64,000 nt of DNA, taken from Mobula hypostoma (lineage: Eukaryota). The DNA is taken from positions 91,762,001-91,826,000 of the forward strand of contig NC_086097.1 in the NCBI RefSeq assembly GCF_963921235.1, given 5' to 3'. Positions 47,920-61,945 of this stretch are shown in pieces (position 1 is the stretch's first letter; the number at the start of each line of letters is the position of its first letter). The position numbers and the translations under genes were made by a program. Below the pieces are notes generated by a model that did no database searches, was not told the DNA's origin, and saw only the letters and a program-made list of their open reading frames with translations.

Positions 47920-49782
47920 GATTCAACTGGATGACTTAAAACTGTATTTAGGGATTCATCTTTGAGTCTGAATGGATATGCCACAGCCGTCACTGACTTC
48001 GTTAAAATCTATGTGGATGAGTGAGTGCCTATGAGAACTTACTGTACATACCCAAATCAAAAGCTGTGGATGAACCAGGAGGCTCGTGGTCTGCTGAGGG
48101 CCAGATCCATGGCATTCCAATCTGGTGACCCAGGTCTATACAAAAAAAAGTACAACTCAAGGAGGTCTGTTTTAAGAGTTAACGATCAATTCCAAAATAG
48201 GTTGGAGGCGAAATCAGATGCATGTCAACTCTGGAAGGGTTGCAGGCCATTACTTCCTACAAAGTGAAACATAACACCATGAATGGCACTGATGCTTCAG
48301 TCCCAGATGAGCTGAATGGCTTTTGTGCTCGCTTTGAAAGGGAGAATAAAACTACAACTATGCGGATCCCTGCAGCACCCACTGACCCTGTGATCTTTGT
48401 CGTGGAGGCTGACGTCAGGTTGTCTTTCAAGAGGGTGAAGCAGGCCCCAAGGGAGTACCTGGCAGAGTTCTGAAAACTTGGGCCAACCAATTGGTGGGGT
48501 GTTCAAAGACATTTTCAATCTCTCGTTGCTACAGACGGAAGTTTGCACTTGCTTCAAAAGTGCAACAATTATACCAGTACCCAAGAAAAGCAGGGTGAGC
48601 TGCCTTAATGGCTATTGTCCAGAAGCACTTACATCTGTGGTGATGAAGTGCTTTGAGAGATTAGTTTAGGATGAGAATTAACTCCCTTCTCAGCACCTGG
48701 AACCACGGTGTTTGCCGATCACCATAATAGGTCTACAGCAGACATCACCTCACTGACTCTTCACACGGCCTTGTATCACCTGGACAATACAAATACCTAT
48801 GTCAGGATGCTGATTATTGACTACAGCTCAGTACTTAACACAATCATTTCTACAGTTCTGATCAAAAAGTTCCAGAATCTGGGCCTCTGTACTTCCCTGT
48901 GCAACAGGCTTCCCTTACTTCCTAACAGGTAGGCCACAATCTGTAGGGATCAGAAATAACATCTCCACCTCACTGACAATCAGCACTGGCACACCTCAGG
49001 GATGGATGCTTAGCTCACTGCTCTACTCTCTCTACACCCATGACTGAGGTACAGCTCAAATGATATCTATAAATTTGCTGATGATACAACCATTGTTGGC
49101 CAAATTTCAGATGGAAATAAGAGAGCATACAGGAGTGAGATATATAAGCTAATTTGAGTAGTTTGCTACAACAACTTTGTACTCAACATCAGTAAGACCA
49201 AAGAACTCATTGTGGACTTCAGAAAGGGTAAGACAATGGAACACACACCAGTCCTCACAGAGGGATCAGAACTGGAAAGAGTGAGCAATTTCGAGTTCTT
49301 CAGTGGCAATATCTCTGAGGATCTAACCTGGTGTCAACATATCGATGCAATCACAGAGAAGGCACAGCAGTGGCTATATTTCATTAGGAGTTTGAGAAGG
49401 CACTCAAATTTCTACAGATGTACCGTGAAGTGCATTCAACTGGCTGCATCACCATCTGGTATGTGGAGGCTACTGCACAGGATCAAAGTGAGCTGCAGAG
49501 TTGCAAGTCAGCACTAGCATCCTTAGTATCTAGGACATCTTCAAAGAGCGATGCCTCAAAAAGGCAGCGTCCATCATCAAGAACCCCATCACCCAGCTCA
49601 CGCCTTGTTCTCATTGCTATCATCAGGAAGGAGATACAGAAGCCTGAAGGCACACACTCAACAACTCAGGAACAGCTTCTTCCCCACTGCCATCCGATTT
49701 CTGAATGGACATTGAACCCATGAGCACTACCTCAATACTTCTTGATTTCTATTTTTACGCTGCTTATTTAACTAATATATAT
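47920..49782 (+). mobile_element. Rex1-like LINE (same family as the 33940 copy)
   Basis: [60 protein letters not shown]; collinear with 34330-36180. Confidence 0.88.
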
Positions 49783-49787
49783 ATCAC

Positions 49788-52700
49788 TCCACCACTGCAT
49801 CATGGCTGATTACTTATCCCTTTCAATCCCATAATACCTATTCTCCCCATAACCTTTGTCACCCTGACCAATCAAGGAACTATCAACCTCCACTTTAAAT
49901 ATACCCAATGACTTAGCCTCTACCGCCATCTACCCACAGATTCACTAACCTCTGGCTAAAGAAATACCTCCTCGTCTCTGTTTTAAATGGATATCTCTCT
50001 ATTCTGAGTCTGTGCCCTCTGGTCCTAGACACATCCACTTTAGGAAACAACCTCTCCACATCTAATCTATCTAGGCCTTTCAATATTTGATAGGTTTCAG
50101 TGAGATTCCCCACACTCCACCATTCTTCTAAACTCCAGCAAATACAGACCCAGAGCCATCAAGCACTCCTCATATGTTAATCCTTTCATTCCCAGAATCA
50201 TTCGCATGAACCTCTTCTGGGCCCTCTCCAATGTCAACACATCTTTTCTTAGATAAGGAGCACAAACTGCTCACAATTGTCCTAATGTGGTCTAATCAAT
50301 AAAGGGGTAGCATTATATCCTTGTTTTTGTACTGTATTCTAATGCTCTCAAAATGAATGCTAACAATGCATTTGCCTTCTTTACCACCAACTCAAACTGC
50401 AAGTTAACCTCGAGGGATTTCTGCACAAGGACTCCCAAGTGCCCATGCACCTCTGATTTTTGATTTTCTCTCCATTTAGAAAATAGCCTATGCCTTTATG
50501 CCTGACCATACACTTCCCTACACCATATTCCATCTGTAATTCCTTTGCCCATTATCCCAGTCCATCCAAGTCCTTCTGCAGACTCCCTGCTTTCTCAACA
50601 CTATCTGCTCCTCCACCTATCTTCATGTCGTCCACAAAGTCATCAATTCCATCGTGCAAATCATTGACATATAATGTGGAAAGCGGTCCCACACCAACCC
50701 CTGTGAAACACCACTAATCACTGGCATCCAACCAGAAAAAGCCCCCTTTATACCCACTCTCTGCCTCCTGCCAGTCAGCCAATCTTCTATCCATGCTCGT
50801 ATCTTTCCTGTAATACCATGGGCTCTTATTTTGTTAAGCAACTTCATGTGCGGCACCTCTGGAAATCCAAGTAAACAACATCCATGAATCTCAAAGAGTT
50901 CCAACAGATTGTCAGGCAGAATATCTCCTTTGGAAAACCATGCTGATTTTGGTATATTTTATCATATGCCTCCAAGCATCCTGAAACCTCATCCTTAAAA
51001 CAGACTATAATATCTTCTCCCAACCACTGAAATCAGACTAACTGGGTATAATCTCCTTTCTTTTACCTCCCTCCCTTCTTAAAGACTGGAACAGAATTTG
51101 CAATTTTCCAGTCCCCTGGAACCATTCCAGAATCCAGTGATTCTTGACACATCATTACTAATGCTTCCACAATCTCCTCACCTACCTCTTTCAGAACCCT
51201 GGGATACAAGTCCATCTGATGCAGGTGACTTATCTACCTTCAGACCTTTCAGCTTCCCAAGCAGTTCTTCTTAGTAATAAAACTACACTCACTTCTCTCC
51301 CCTGACACTCAAAAATATCTGGCATATTGTAAGTGTCTTCCACAGTGAAGACTGATGCAAAATACTTCTTAAGTTCATCCGCCATTTCTACCTCACCAGC
51401 ATCATTTTTCAGCGCACAATATCAACTCTCACCTTTTTTTTTTACTCCTTATTTATCTGAAAAAACTTTGTGTATCCTCCTTTATAATATTGGTTAGCTT
51501 ACCTTCATATTTCGTCTTTTCTCCCCTTATGCCTTCTGATGGTTTTTAAAAGCTTCCCAATCCTCTAACGATCCCCTAATTTTTGCTACATTGTGTGTCA
51601 TCTCCTGCTTTTATACTGTCTTTAGCTACCCTTGTCAGCCACAGTTGCCTCATCCAAGATTAGAAAATTTAATCTTTGGGATGTACCTATCCTGTGTCTT
51701 CCAAACTGCCCCTAGAAACTCTACCCATTGCTGTTCTGCCATTATCCCTGCCAGTGTTCCCTTCCAATCAACTTTGACCACCTCCTCTCTCAAGCCTCTG
51801 TAATTCCCTTTACTCCACTATAATATTGTTACATATGACTTTAGCTTCTCCCTCTCAAACTGCAGGGTGAATTCTATCATATTATGATCAGGGTTCCTTT
51901 ACCTTGAGCTTCCTAATTAAACCTGGTTCATTGCACAACACCAAATCCAGAATCACCTTTCCCCTAGTGGACTCAACCACAAACTGTTCTAAAAAGCTAT
52001 CTTGTAGACATTCTACAAATCTCTTCTCTTGGGATCAGCACCGACCTGATTTTCTCGATCTCCTGCATATTGAAATCCCATAAGACTATCATAACATTGC
52101 CCTTTTTACATGTCTTTTCTATCTCCCATTGTAATTTATATCCTACCTCCTGGCTACTGTTCGGAGACTCATCAGGGTATTTTCACCCTTGCAGTTTCTT
52201 AACTCTACCCACAAAGATTCTACATCTTCCAAATCTATGTCACCTCATTCTAAGGGTTTGATTTCATTTTTTTTTGAACCAAAAGAACTACCCCACCACT
52301 ACTGCCTTCCTGCCTGTCTATTTGATATAATGTCCTTAAGTTCCCAGCTATGATTCAGTGATGCCCACATCATATCTGCCAATCTTTAACTGCACTACAA
52401 GATCATCTACCTTATCCTATATACTGAGTGCATTCAAATGTAGCACCTTCAGTCCTTATTCATCACCCTTTTTGATTTTGCCCCAGTATTATTCAACTCA
52501 TCCCACTGATTGCAAATTTGCCCCATGAACTGCCTGTCCTTCCTCACAGTCTTACTACATACTGCATCTACTTGTATATCAACTGCCCCATCCTCAGCTC
52601 TGTCAATCCAGTTCCCAAATCCCCTGCCAAATTAGTTTAAACCCTTCCCAACAGCCCTAACAAACCTGCCCAAAGGATATTGGCCCCTCTCAGGTTCTGG

Positions 52701-53110
52701 CGTAACCCATCCCTTTTGTACAGGCCGTACCTTCCCCAGAAGACATCCCAAAGATCCAGAAATCTGAAACCTTGTCCGCTGCACCAATTTCTCAGCCATG
52801 CATTAATCTGCCAAATTATCTGATTCTTACCCTGATTGATGTGAGACACAGATAGCAATCTAGAGATCACTACCATAGAGGTCCTGCTTTTCAGTTTTCT
52901 ATCTAACTCCCTATATAGTCTCTTCAGGACCTCTTCCCTTTTCCTACCTACGTCAGCGGTACCAATTTGTACCATGACTTTGGGCTGCTCACCTTCCACC
53001 TTTAGAATACTGTGGACCTGATCAGAGCCATCCAAGACTCTGGCACCTGGGAGACAACATACTATCTAGGTGTTTTTTTTACGTCCACAGAATCTCCTCT
53101 AACTACGGAC
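49788..53110 (-). mobile_element. Long CR1-like LINE with ORF1 SGNH-esterase remnant and internally deleted ORF2
   Basis: ORF 52637-53035: VQIGTADVG...VVISRLL...NAWLRNWC.GQGFRFLD.W..FW...LYKRDGL..N.RG (CR1 ORF1 esterase). RT remnants KVPH.KLLNKI.AHGI and FFSQRLVNLW. Confidence 0.88.
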
Positions 53111-53404
53111 TTGAAGAAGGAGTGCTTTGTGCTACAGAAGTTAAGAATTCTGAAGATCCCTTATGGGATATTACACCAGTCCTAGATTTTGATGTCAGAT
53201 TAATACAGTGTAGACAGAGTCCAGAAGACACTGAACTTGTGAGAATTTAACACAGCTTAGTTGATGATTTTCTAACTTCAACTAGACAGCTGGAGGAAGG
53301 AAAAGGGTTAGTTTCCATAGGAAGTTATGATGCAAAATATGATGACTAGGCTCACAAATAAAGTTAGAAAAATTTACAATCAATCCTAATGTATAACTCT
53401 AACT

Positions 53405-54702
53405 AGTGGTCGCCAACCTTTTTAAGCCCAAGATCCCCTACCTTGGCCTTAGTGAAAGGCAAGATCTACCCACTAAATCACTTAGAGAAAAAGCAACTCA
53501 GATTGTACTTCCAACTTGAGGCCTTTTATTTGGGCTAATTGTATTGAATTACATAAAATGCTTTTGTCAAACTTTCAAATTAATTCAACCAAGAAAACAC
53601 TGTAACTAGCATATCAAACAGGCCATAGCTGTCTTTAAGCATATTACAATACTTCATACCTTTTGTAGTAACTTCTACTTTGAAAAAGGACCACTCGACA
53701 ACTTCATGTCCAAAGGAACAACTTTATCTGGGGTGGCAAAACCAATGTGGCAGAGGGGCTTACACACACATGCGCAGAAAAGACTGGAAGTAAAACCCCG
53801 CAACTCCGGAAACAACCTCTGGTTACAAACAGCTTTCCATAGCAGGAGTATTGCTATATTACCATTATCCTAATTGGTATTAACTTATCTTTATAATGCA
53901 CACATTACAATACTTCTCCCCCTTTAAATTCCAACGTTTCCCAAAGGTAAAAGAACTGGGAAACAAAAAACAGTGGTGTAATTATCTTGCGTACCTCTGA
54001 AACTTATACTAGTGTCTCAGTAACAGTTTACCAATACAAAACACCTGAAAAACTTGGCAGATTCAACATTCAGTCTAACAAAGGAAACTGTCCATTCAAA
54101 TATTCAGTCTGTCTGGAGGTTTGCGAGGGTGCTGTGCTGCAACAGATGAAAATTATGAAATCTAAGTACAGGAGCTGTCTTACTGACAGACACCTCACAG
54201 ACTGGCTCAAACTGGCTGTCTGTAGTTATGAGCCAAATTTCAGGGAACTAGCAGAAAGTATTCAGCCCCAGGCCCCAGTCATCACACTGTGTGCAACAGT
54301 AAATTTTTATTCATTTATTTTTCGTGTTGAAATAAAATTAAATAATGAAACACAGAACTAAAGGTGTTGTAATGTGAGCATTATAAAAATAAGTAATACT
54401 AATTATGATAATATTTCCGGGTTGCGGGGTTTTACTTCCGGTCTTTTCTACCACGGTGCATGGCAGGGGAGCTACACATATGCGCACTGGGCAGCAAAAA
54501 CGGAACTAAAACCCAGCAACCTGGAAACAATCTCTCTTTACAAACAGCTTTCAGTAGCGGAAGTATTGCTATATTACCATTATCCTAATTAGTATTACTT
54601 ATTTTTATAATGCTCACATTACAACAGTATTTGCGTATTTATTTTCCAGTTTTTCGGGATCTACTGGGAAAGTCTCAAAGATCGACTGGTTGGCGACCAC
54701 TA
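53405..54702 (+). mobile_element. hAT/Charlie-like non-autonomous element containing Gypsy-derived sequence
   Basis: TIR (T)AGTGGTCGCCAACC / GGTTGGCGACCACTA. Direct repeat CTCTAACT at 53397-53404 and 54703-54710. hAT C-terminal dimerisation remnant MKIMKSKYRSCLTDRHLTDWLKLAVCSYEPNF at ~54146-54270. Confidence 0.85.
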
Positions 54703-57700
54703 CTCTAACTCCTTAAGTATTCATGTGTTATTCGCCTAAAGTTTAATTGATGGTTAGAACTATACCTGTGGTTATAAATAATTAAGATAGTACAGGATGT
54801 GAAATTAATTATCTATTTGGAGAAGTGATTAACAGGATCAATATCTCTAAAGGACACGTGCTTAGCTTAGACCCTCATGTTCACTTTGTGGTCTAAAGGA
54901 CCAAGAAAATTTAGTACATTTATTTGTTTGAATTTACTAGGTATATACAGTATATGCATCTTTAAATAATTGGTTAACTGCATAATTGGACATGTAAATA
55001 GTTAACCAATGGTATTCAACATGGAAATAATAATTGATGTGTTATTTTGAGGAGGATGCATTGTAGTATGAGTGAATATACCTTTACAAACTCTGTACCA
55101 GGACTTTTGACATCTTATCAGCTACTGCTGTGAGTTGAGGCAGTAGCTGAGTTTAAAAAGGATATTTTAGATGTGTTCGTATTACTTGCATGGCAATACC
55201 AAAGAACCGACAGCTTGTTATTTGTTTCCTATAGTGCATTAGACCTTCTTCAGCCATAATCTTTGCTTACTTATCTACAATGACCCAAGCTATGCAACAA
55301 CACAAATTTTCAAATACCTATATGACCTTACCATATCCCTAATCTCCTTCTCAATCTCATGTACACCCCAGATTGTAATGACTCCACCACTGGGAAACAT
55401 TCCTTCATGTTACGTCCTAAATCTCTAGAACTCACTCCCTCAAGCCCTCTGCCTCTCCATTTGTGTTCATGAAGGACAGTGCTTATAATTTTTGTGACTT
55501 ATTGTCTACTTTTTTTTAAAACACAGAATTCCTCTGATTCACCATGGAATATTTCTTATATCAAAAGTTATTACAGTTACAAATATCTTATTTTGTTTAA
55601 AGCCTTGCGGTCTGTAGACACAATTCTCAAATTTCAATGACCTAATTCTCAACTTTATACATCATTCTTGAAAAGGGTTGCTTTTAATATCTCAATATTC
55701 TTGTCTACAATTTTTAAACTCATACCAACCCATTTGAATTTTTGTTAACTATTACAAAATTGAATAGTTGGATTTACTGCTACATCCCTTGACCTTATTA
55801 AATCTATATGATATCAAGTAACATGTCTAGCAAGGAGGCTTCCAAACTAAGATTTAGAACAACTTTGTCTTTATTAGTACTCAAATTACTTAGATGTGCT
55901 AATGTACAATAAATATCCAGTAACTCCACATGACACTCATTACTTGAATTTAAGTACCATCTGTGTGAGATTATCTGGCAAAACTCACTCCAATGAAAGT
56001 TATAATCTCCAAATTCCAAACTCAAGAGTCTCTCTTCTGTAATAGTTGTTCCTGGGTTATCACCAATAATGTCCTTGATGGTCTCTCTTTAATATCCTTT
56101 CTTCTGATCTTCTTGAAGTTCAGTGACTTATCCCATGCCCATACCACGAGGCCATTCATTCAAAGATGGGTTGAACAGCATAAATTTATTCCACTGTTCC
56201 TTTTTCTAACATTAATTTAGCAAACTAGGGCCCCAATGAGGTTGAGCAACCCTTCACAAATTAGTTAGATTACTGAGTGGCTGTCTGGTTCCACTTTTAC
56301 TTTCTAGCAGGCTACAAAGTTCATGTAAAAAATTACTCCTTTTCCCAGAATTCATCTGAAATTGACTTTTTTTTTTCCTATTTATACTCAAAGGCATAGT
56401 TGTTAGTCATACAGCTACACATCTCTTTTAGGCTGCCAGCCTTGAAGTTTTCCTCCATTCTCCAATGAAATGTATGTTCCTTGTCTTGTTTGTCCTCAGG
56501 GGTTTCCACTGGATTATCCTATGGATAATTTCAACAAATTATACTCACAGCAACCCTGTCCTCAGCCTGTCAGAGACATGTTTCTACCCTATCCATTCCT
56601 CCACCAACTTCACTGCAATTACCTCTTTCCCAGTTCTGATAATAGGTCTTTGACACAAGATATTAACTGTTTCTTTTTCCATAGATGCTGCTAACTGCTG
56701 AGTATTTCCAGTGTTTTGTTTTATTGCAAGGCAAGACGTCACTACAATTAAAAAAAAGTAAGGTTTCAAATTCCTAAATATTTTAAGAAATTTTCAAAAA
56801 CCGACCACGCATTTACAGTAATTTTTCTTTTAGCTGTTTCAGATTTATAGTAATATCACACCCACTTCACATCACTCTGTTGAACTAGGTCTGGAATTAA
56901 TTAAAGATGTATGTCATGTGGAGCATAAAAAATATATGAGGCAATGCCTGAAGCTGTCTTGTTTTCATTTGAGAATGAAAGGTTTGAAATTTATTTTGCT
57001 CTGTAAAGTTAAATTCATAACTCATCTATGATCCTATGTAATATGATTATGAAAATCACAGAAAAGGTAACATTCTCACAACATGACAAGTCTACTTGCA
57101 AGAACATTATTTAGCAATATGTGATCTTCTGCAGCTCCATGTTACTTCATAAATAAGAGGTATCACTGCTGTTTTATCCAGTTCCTCATTTATAAATTGT
57201 AAATGCTAGAATTATTTAAAATGATAGAATTACTTAAATTGATAAGTGAGGCAGCCTGCAAAATTATTTTTATTTTCTGGAAACTAAAATATTTCAGAAT
57301 GAAACAATGGTATGTGAAATAAAAAAAACAAAGTTTAGAGTAAAATTAAAAACTTCTCCCCACAGATTTTTCATGGCTTTATGAAACAGAAGCAGAAAAT
57401 AGCATCTCTTTTTTTTTGTTTCTATTTCACACAGCCGGTGGCTTGTGAACAAGACATAGCTTGTAAAACTGGAGTTGTTTCTTTAATTCAGATATAATTC
57501 TAATAGAACTGCATAAATCTGTTTCCCAGAGAAATCATGGTTCTCACAACTTTGAGATCTAATCTATACTTAATCTAGAAAAATAGCTTCTACACATAAA
57601 ATACTTACCTTGGGCCTCAAGATCACCTTCAATATAAAACTTGGTTTAATTGTAACTTAAAATAATAAATATAATTCATTTCAATGGGAACTCTTAGATG

Positions 57701-58134
57701 CTATAATTGCAGGAATCAACAGTAGGAGATGCTCTATCAAAGGTCTGAGCTTAGGGAATAGAAGTGGAATGTACTTTTGTACAGAAAACATGTATAAATC
57801 ATCTAGGTTGTCAAAGACGGAAAGCAATTCTGAAGTGGCACCAAATTAACATTCTAACAGAAACCCATACCTTACTTCTAGTCAGATGTTCTTTACCTGC
57901 CCTTCTGAAATTGCACAGATAGAAAGAAACAGAATACAATTTCAGAGCATTTTTGAAAGTGTACAGGAAAAATAAAATGCAAATACAGTTCAAAATTAAA
58001 CCATTTGTCCCAAATGATTTATGTCAATGTTTTTGTTTCAAATGCCACATTTACTTATTTAACAAAATAACACATTCTATTCTTTCTCTAACTTCCCCTT
58101 CAGTGATATAGATTGCTTCTATGTCTTATAATTT

Positions 58135-58485
58135 AGGCCATTTAGTATGCTCCACCATTCAATCATGGCTGATTCATTTTTTCCTTTCAATCCCGTTCTC
58201 CTGACTTCTCCATGTAACCTTTGACGCCTTTACTAAACAAGAACCTATGAAAATCAGCTTTAAGTATATTCAATGACTTGGCCTCCACAGCATATCTGAG
58301 ACAATGAATTGCATAGATACTCTACTCCATGGCTAAATAAATTCCCCCTCATCTTAGTTCTGAAATGTCCTTTTATTCTGAGGTGTGCCCTCTGGCCATA
58401 GTCTCCCTCTACTCTATCCAGGCCTTTCAAAACTTGGGAGATTTCAATAAATTTCACCCCCACCCCTATCCTTCTGAATTCCACT
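58135..58485 (-). mobile_element. CR1-like 3' fragment
   Basis: QVLKGLDRVE...LRIKG..RTKMRGNLFS; CR1-type 3' UTR ATCAGCCATGATTGAATGGTGGAGCA. Confidence 0.75.
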
Positions 58486-60714
58486 GAGGATGGGCTCAGG
58501 GAAATAGGTATTGCTATACAGGTTATAACAATACCCATTTCTGAAAGGGAAGAAAGTTCTACCAGACTTATTGAAGACGATGTCTATAACACAATTTTAT
58601 ATTTCCTATAAGTGAAATAATCTTCAGAAAATAAATTTGCATCATTGCTAAACTTGAAATGGATGAAATAAAGGGTGAATATACAAGAGCCTATGATAAA
58701 TGCTTATTATTCCACACCATAGCAACTCATTATCTTCTGCACTGATGGATGGTGTGTTAGATATCTATTGCTTAGCTGGAGCTTTCCATTCAAAAGGAAA
58801 ATAATTTATGTTTTAGAAACCTCTTTTAAGAACAGGAGCAGGTTATTGGGCCCCTTGAGTCTTCAATGAGATAGATGATGGTGGATCAGTGGACTCAACT
58901 CCATCTGCCCACGTATATCCCAAATATAATTCTGATAAATCAGCCATGTACACTTTATAAGGTCAGTATGTCACTTATGACCAAAGCCAAGTGCTGCTCA
59001 CAGTAGCCAAGGTTTGTTTTAACTAAACTATAATTTCCAAGTCTTTGTACTCCAGACCTCTGAACATAATAAAAGCTGAAGTGCAGATCTTTATATGTTT
59101 TAATATCTGTTCTTATTCCTACATTTTACTGCCAGTCATTTGATTTCACATCGTATCATAAACAGTAATTTGCATTCACTCCATGGTCTTCAAATTTAGC
59201 TTATAATCCCTCATAGCAGACCTTATCAAATCACTTCTGGAAGTCCACACATATAACATTCATTGGTATTCTCATCACTTAAAAAAAATTGGCTTACAAT
59301 TTGTACAGAACCAAAGTCTGGACTTGAATAGCCTCTTGTCTCTTTGTGGAATAATTCCAATGGTTCCAATCCAAAGGTCTTTCCTGTAAGTGCCAATTTG
59401 ATATGAAAACCCCATGTGATTGTCTGCATGGGTTATCAAGTCAAGGTAATTAGAGAAAAAGGAGTTCCAGATCTTAATTTTTTTTAAAGTTTCTTACACC
59501 CCCATCTATATTTTTGCTCATAATTTTGAATGTATCCCTGATCCTAAAACATTTACCAATGAGAATAGCTTCTACTTATCCAGATAAAATGTTATGTTCA
59601 CGTCTATAGGATCCCCTCTTAACTTTGAACTTCCAGGAGAATAATTACAATTTCTCCAGTTAAACTCTCAGCCAAAAACCTAATGCCCTGGAATTACTCT
59701 GGCACATCTTTCCTGGATATTCTCTAGGACCTTCACAACATTTTTAAAACGTGGTAGTCAGAATTATTTGCATTTGTCTATTTGTGGATATAAAACCAGT
59801 TTTTTTTTACCTCAACCTCTTGATTTGTACTTTCTTTCTATTTACCATATGCAGAATCCCATATGCTTTCTAACCCCACTGTCAACGTCTTGCCATTTTC
59901 AAAAACATACGCACGCACATCCACAATCTTTACAACAATGCCATTTATTCTATAGTGTCTGCCAGAATGTGTCAAGAAAATTCATCTGGCACAACCTACC
60001 TCTTATAAATTTATGCTAGATCGCCCCCCACCCCATTACTAATCAAATGAAAATTCTGAAATTTAAACCCCTCATTAAATGTGCATAATTTTCCTGTCAA
60101 GGTAGTAGTTCTCATCTACTACCTTAAAATCCTGGATGATTCTATGGATGCATGTTTTTGTCATTATTTTCTTCATAATCACTGGTTTGCTTGTACTAAT
60201 TGTAATGATTTTTTTCTCTATAATCTATAAGAAAATAATTATTCCATCTGTTCACTGTTTCATTACAATGGCGTGTTTTTTTTAAGGCCAACTTGGCTTT
60301 TAATGATCCCCTCCCCCCTTCCTAATGTACTTATTCAAAAACTGCTAAAACACTTGCCAGTTTTTCAACTCTTTTTGTAGTTTGTATTTTGTTTATCCTT
60401 TCTTCTTCTTAGCTTGAGTAAATGTTGTTCAATACTTGGGACCACCTTCCAGTAGAATAATTGAGTAAAATGAACAATACTTGGGAAACAGCTCAGTAAA
60501 GCTTGATTGCTTGAATATGACCTTATTTATATAAGAGTACTATAATGCAAGACAATTAAAGGATGTACAAAAAAAGTTCAGCTTGGCTTTGAAATACATG
60601 AAGCTTCAAGTATAACAAAATGTCTTTGGAGTGCCTCAGCCTGGGAAAATATTACCCCAGTTGTTCAAGACAGCATAATTTATTCGTAGCAGAAAAATTG
60701 CCTTGTGTGTAATC

Positions 60715-60848
60715 ACAAACAAGAGAAAATCTGCAGATGCTGGAAATCCAAGTAACGCACAAAATGTTGGAGGAACTCAGCAGGCCTGGCAGCACCTATG
60801 GAAAAAGAGTATAGTCAACATCTCGGGCCGAGACCCTTCATCAGAAAT
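60715..60848 (-). mobile_element. Solo Penelope pseudo-LTR piece starting at a near-intact hammerhead
   Basis: Minus strand CTGATGA AGGGTCTCGGCCC GAGA TGTT GACT (GAAA mutated to GAGA). Confidence 0.75.
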
Positions 60849-61747
60849 GTGTAAAGCAGTTATTACATTTTCCAGAAACCAAATGGTAAAGAAAAGATAA
60901 AAGTCAGGTGGTTGGGCCAGATAAGGTGCTTATTATCTGAATAGAGAACTAAAGGCTTCATTAAATACAGACAGTAAGAGACCAGATGTACTAAATATTC
61001 TCAAAACATTTGTGGTCAACTATTGTTTAATTTGTTGATTTTATGAACTTTCACATTATTAACTGGAACACCAAAATAGCACAGGCTGAAAACAAATAAC
61101 CTTGATAGCAATTTGCTTTGGATAATCCAGTGGTCTGTAACTCTAACATCAAACATCTATCACTAACCATATATGGAATTTTCTCAAACCGCATTCTTAT
61201 CTCTTAAGGAAGTGTAGATTGGTTCTGCATCATAAGGTCCCTTTGGCACATTTCCTACTGGTTTATTAATTAACAAATGATAACTATAGAGAGAATCCAT
61301 ATAATGGCAAGGAGGCAGTCAAACCAAGAATCTTTGCAGTCGTTTTCTGTTCTCTTTCACTTGGGACACTGTATTGAACTTGATCATACTAGAGATTGCT
61401 TTTAGATTAAAGTTCACAATTCACTAAGCAATGGAGTGAATGTGGTTCATTCCAAAATATAAAATGGTTTGCTTCCTTTCTCAATATACAAGAATATTAA
61501 ATTGAACTTAGTAAATGAGACAGACCAACTGCAATAGCCCATTTGACATAATGGACAACAGCTTCTTAAACTATGGTAATAATTACCAAACACACAAACC
61601 AAAACATCCAGGAACGGAAAGCCACCCAGTGACATCAACACAAAGCTAGTAACGGCAGGCTTAATTCACAACATCTTACCTTACTCCACGCATCCCAACT
61701 ATTACATAAAGTGGCAAAATATTACACCTCCAGATTACTATTAAGCC

Positions 61748-61945
61748 AGCCAATGGTGTAGTAGCATCCACAGCCAACTTTGAGACCAGTTTGAATTTGG
61801 CCGGCTCCTTGCATGATTTCCACCCGTGCTGGGTTGAGCACTGAGCTAGCAAAGCGGCCTCATAAAATGCAGTCCAAAATGCTAAAGAAATGACAAGACT
61901 GTCTCCCAGTGCACCACAAGGCACAGAAAGGAACAGCAACAATAA
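61748..61945 (+). mobile_element. tRNA-headed SINE-like element with (CAA)-type tail
   Basis: GCCAATGGTGTAGTAGCATC (A-box-like)...GTTTGAATTT (B-box-like); ends CACAAGGCACAGAAAGGAACAGCAACAATAA. Confidence 0.45.

Noticed and set aside
52637..53035. SGNH/GDSL esterase gene
   Set aside because: It is the normal ORF1 domain of CR1 LINEs, collinear with the CR1 ORF2 remnant and degenerate.
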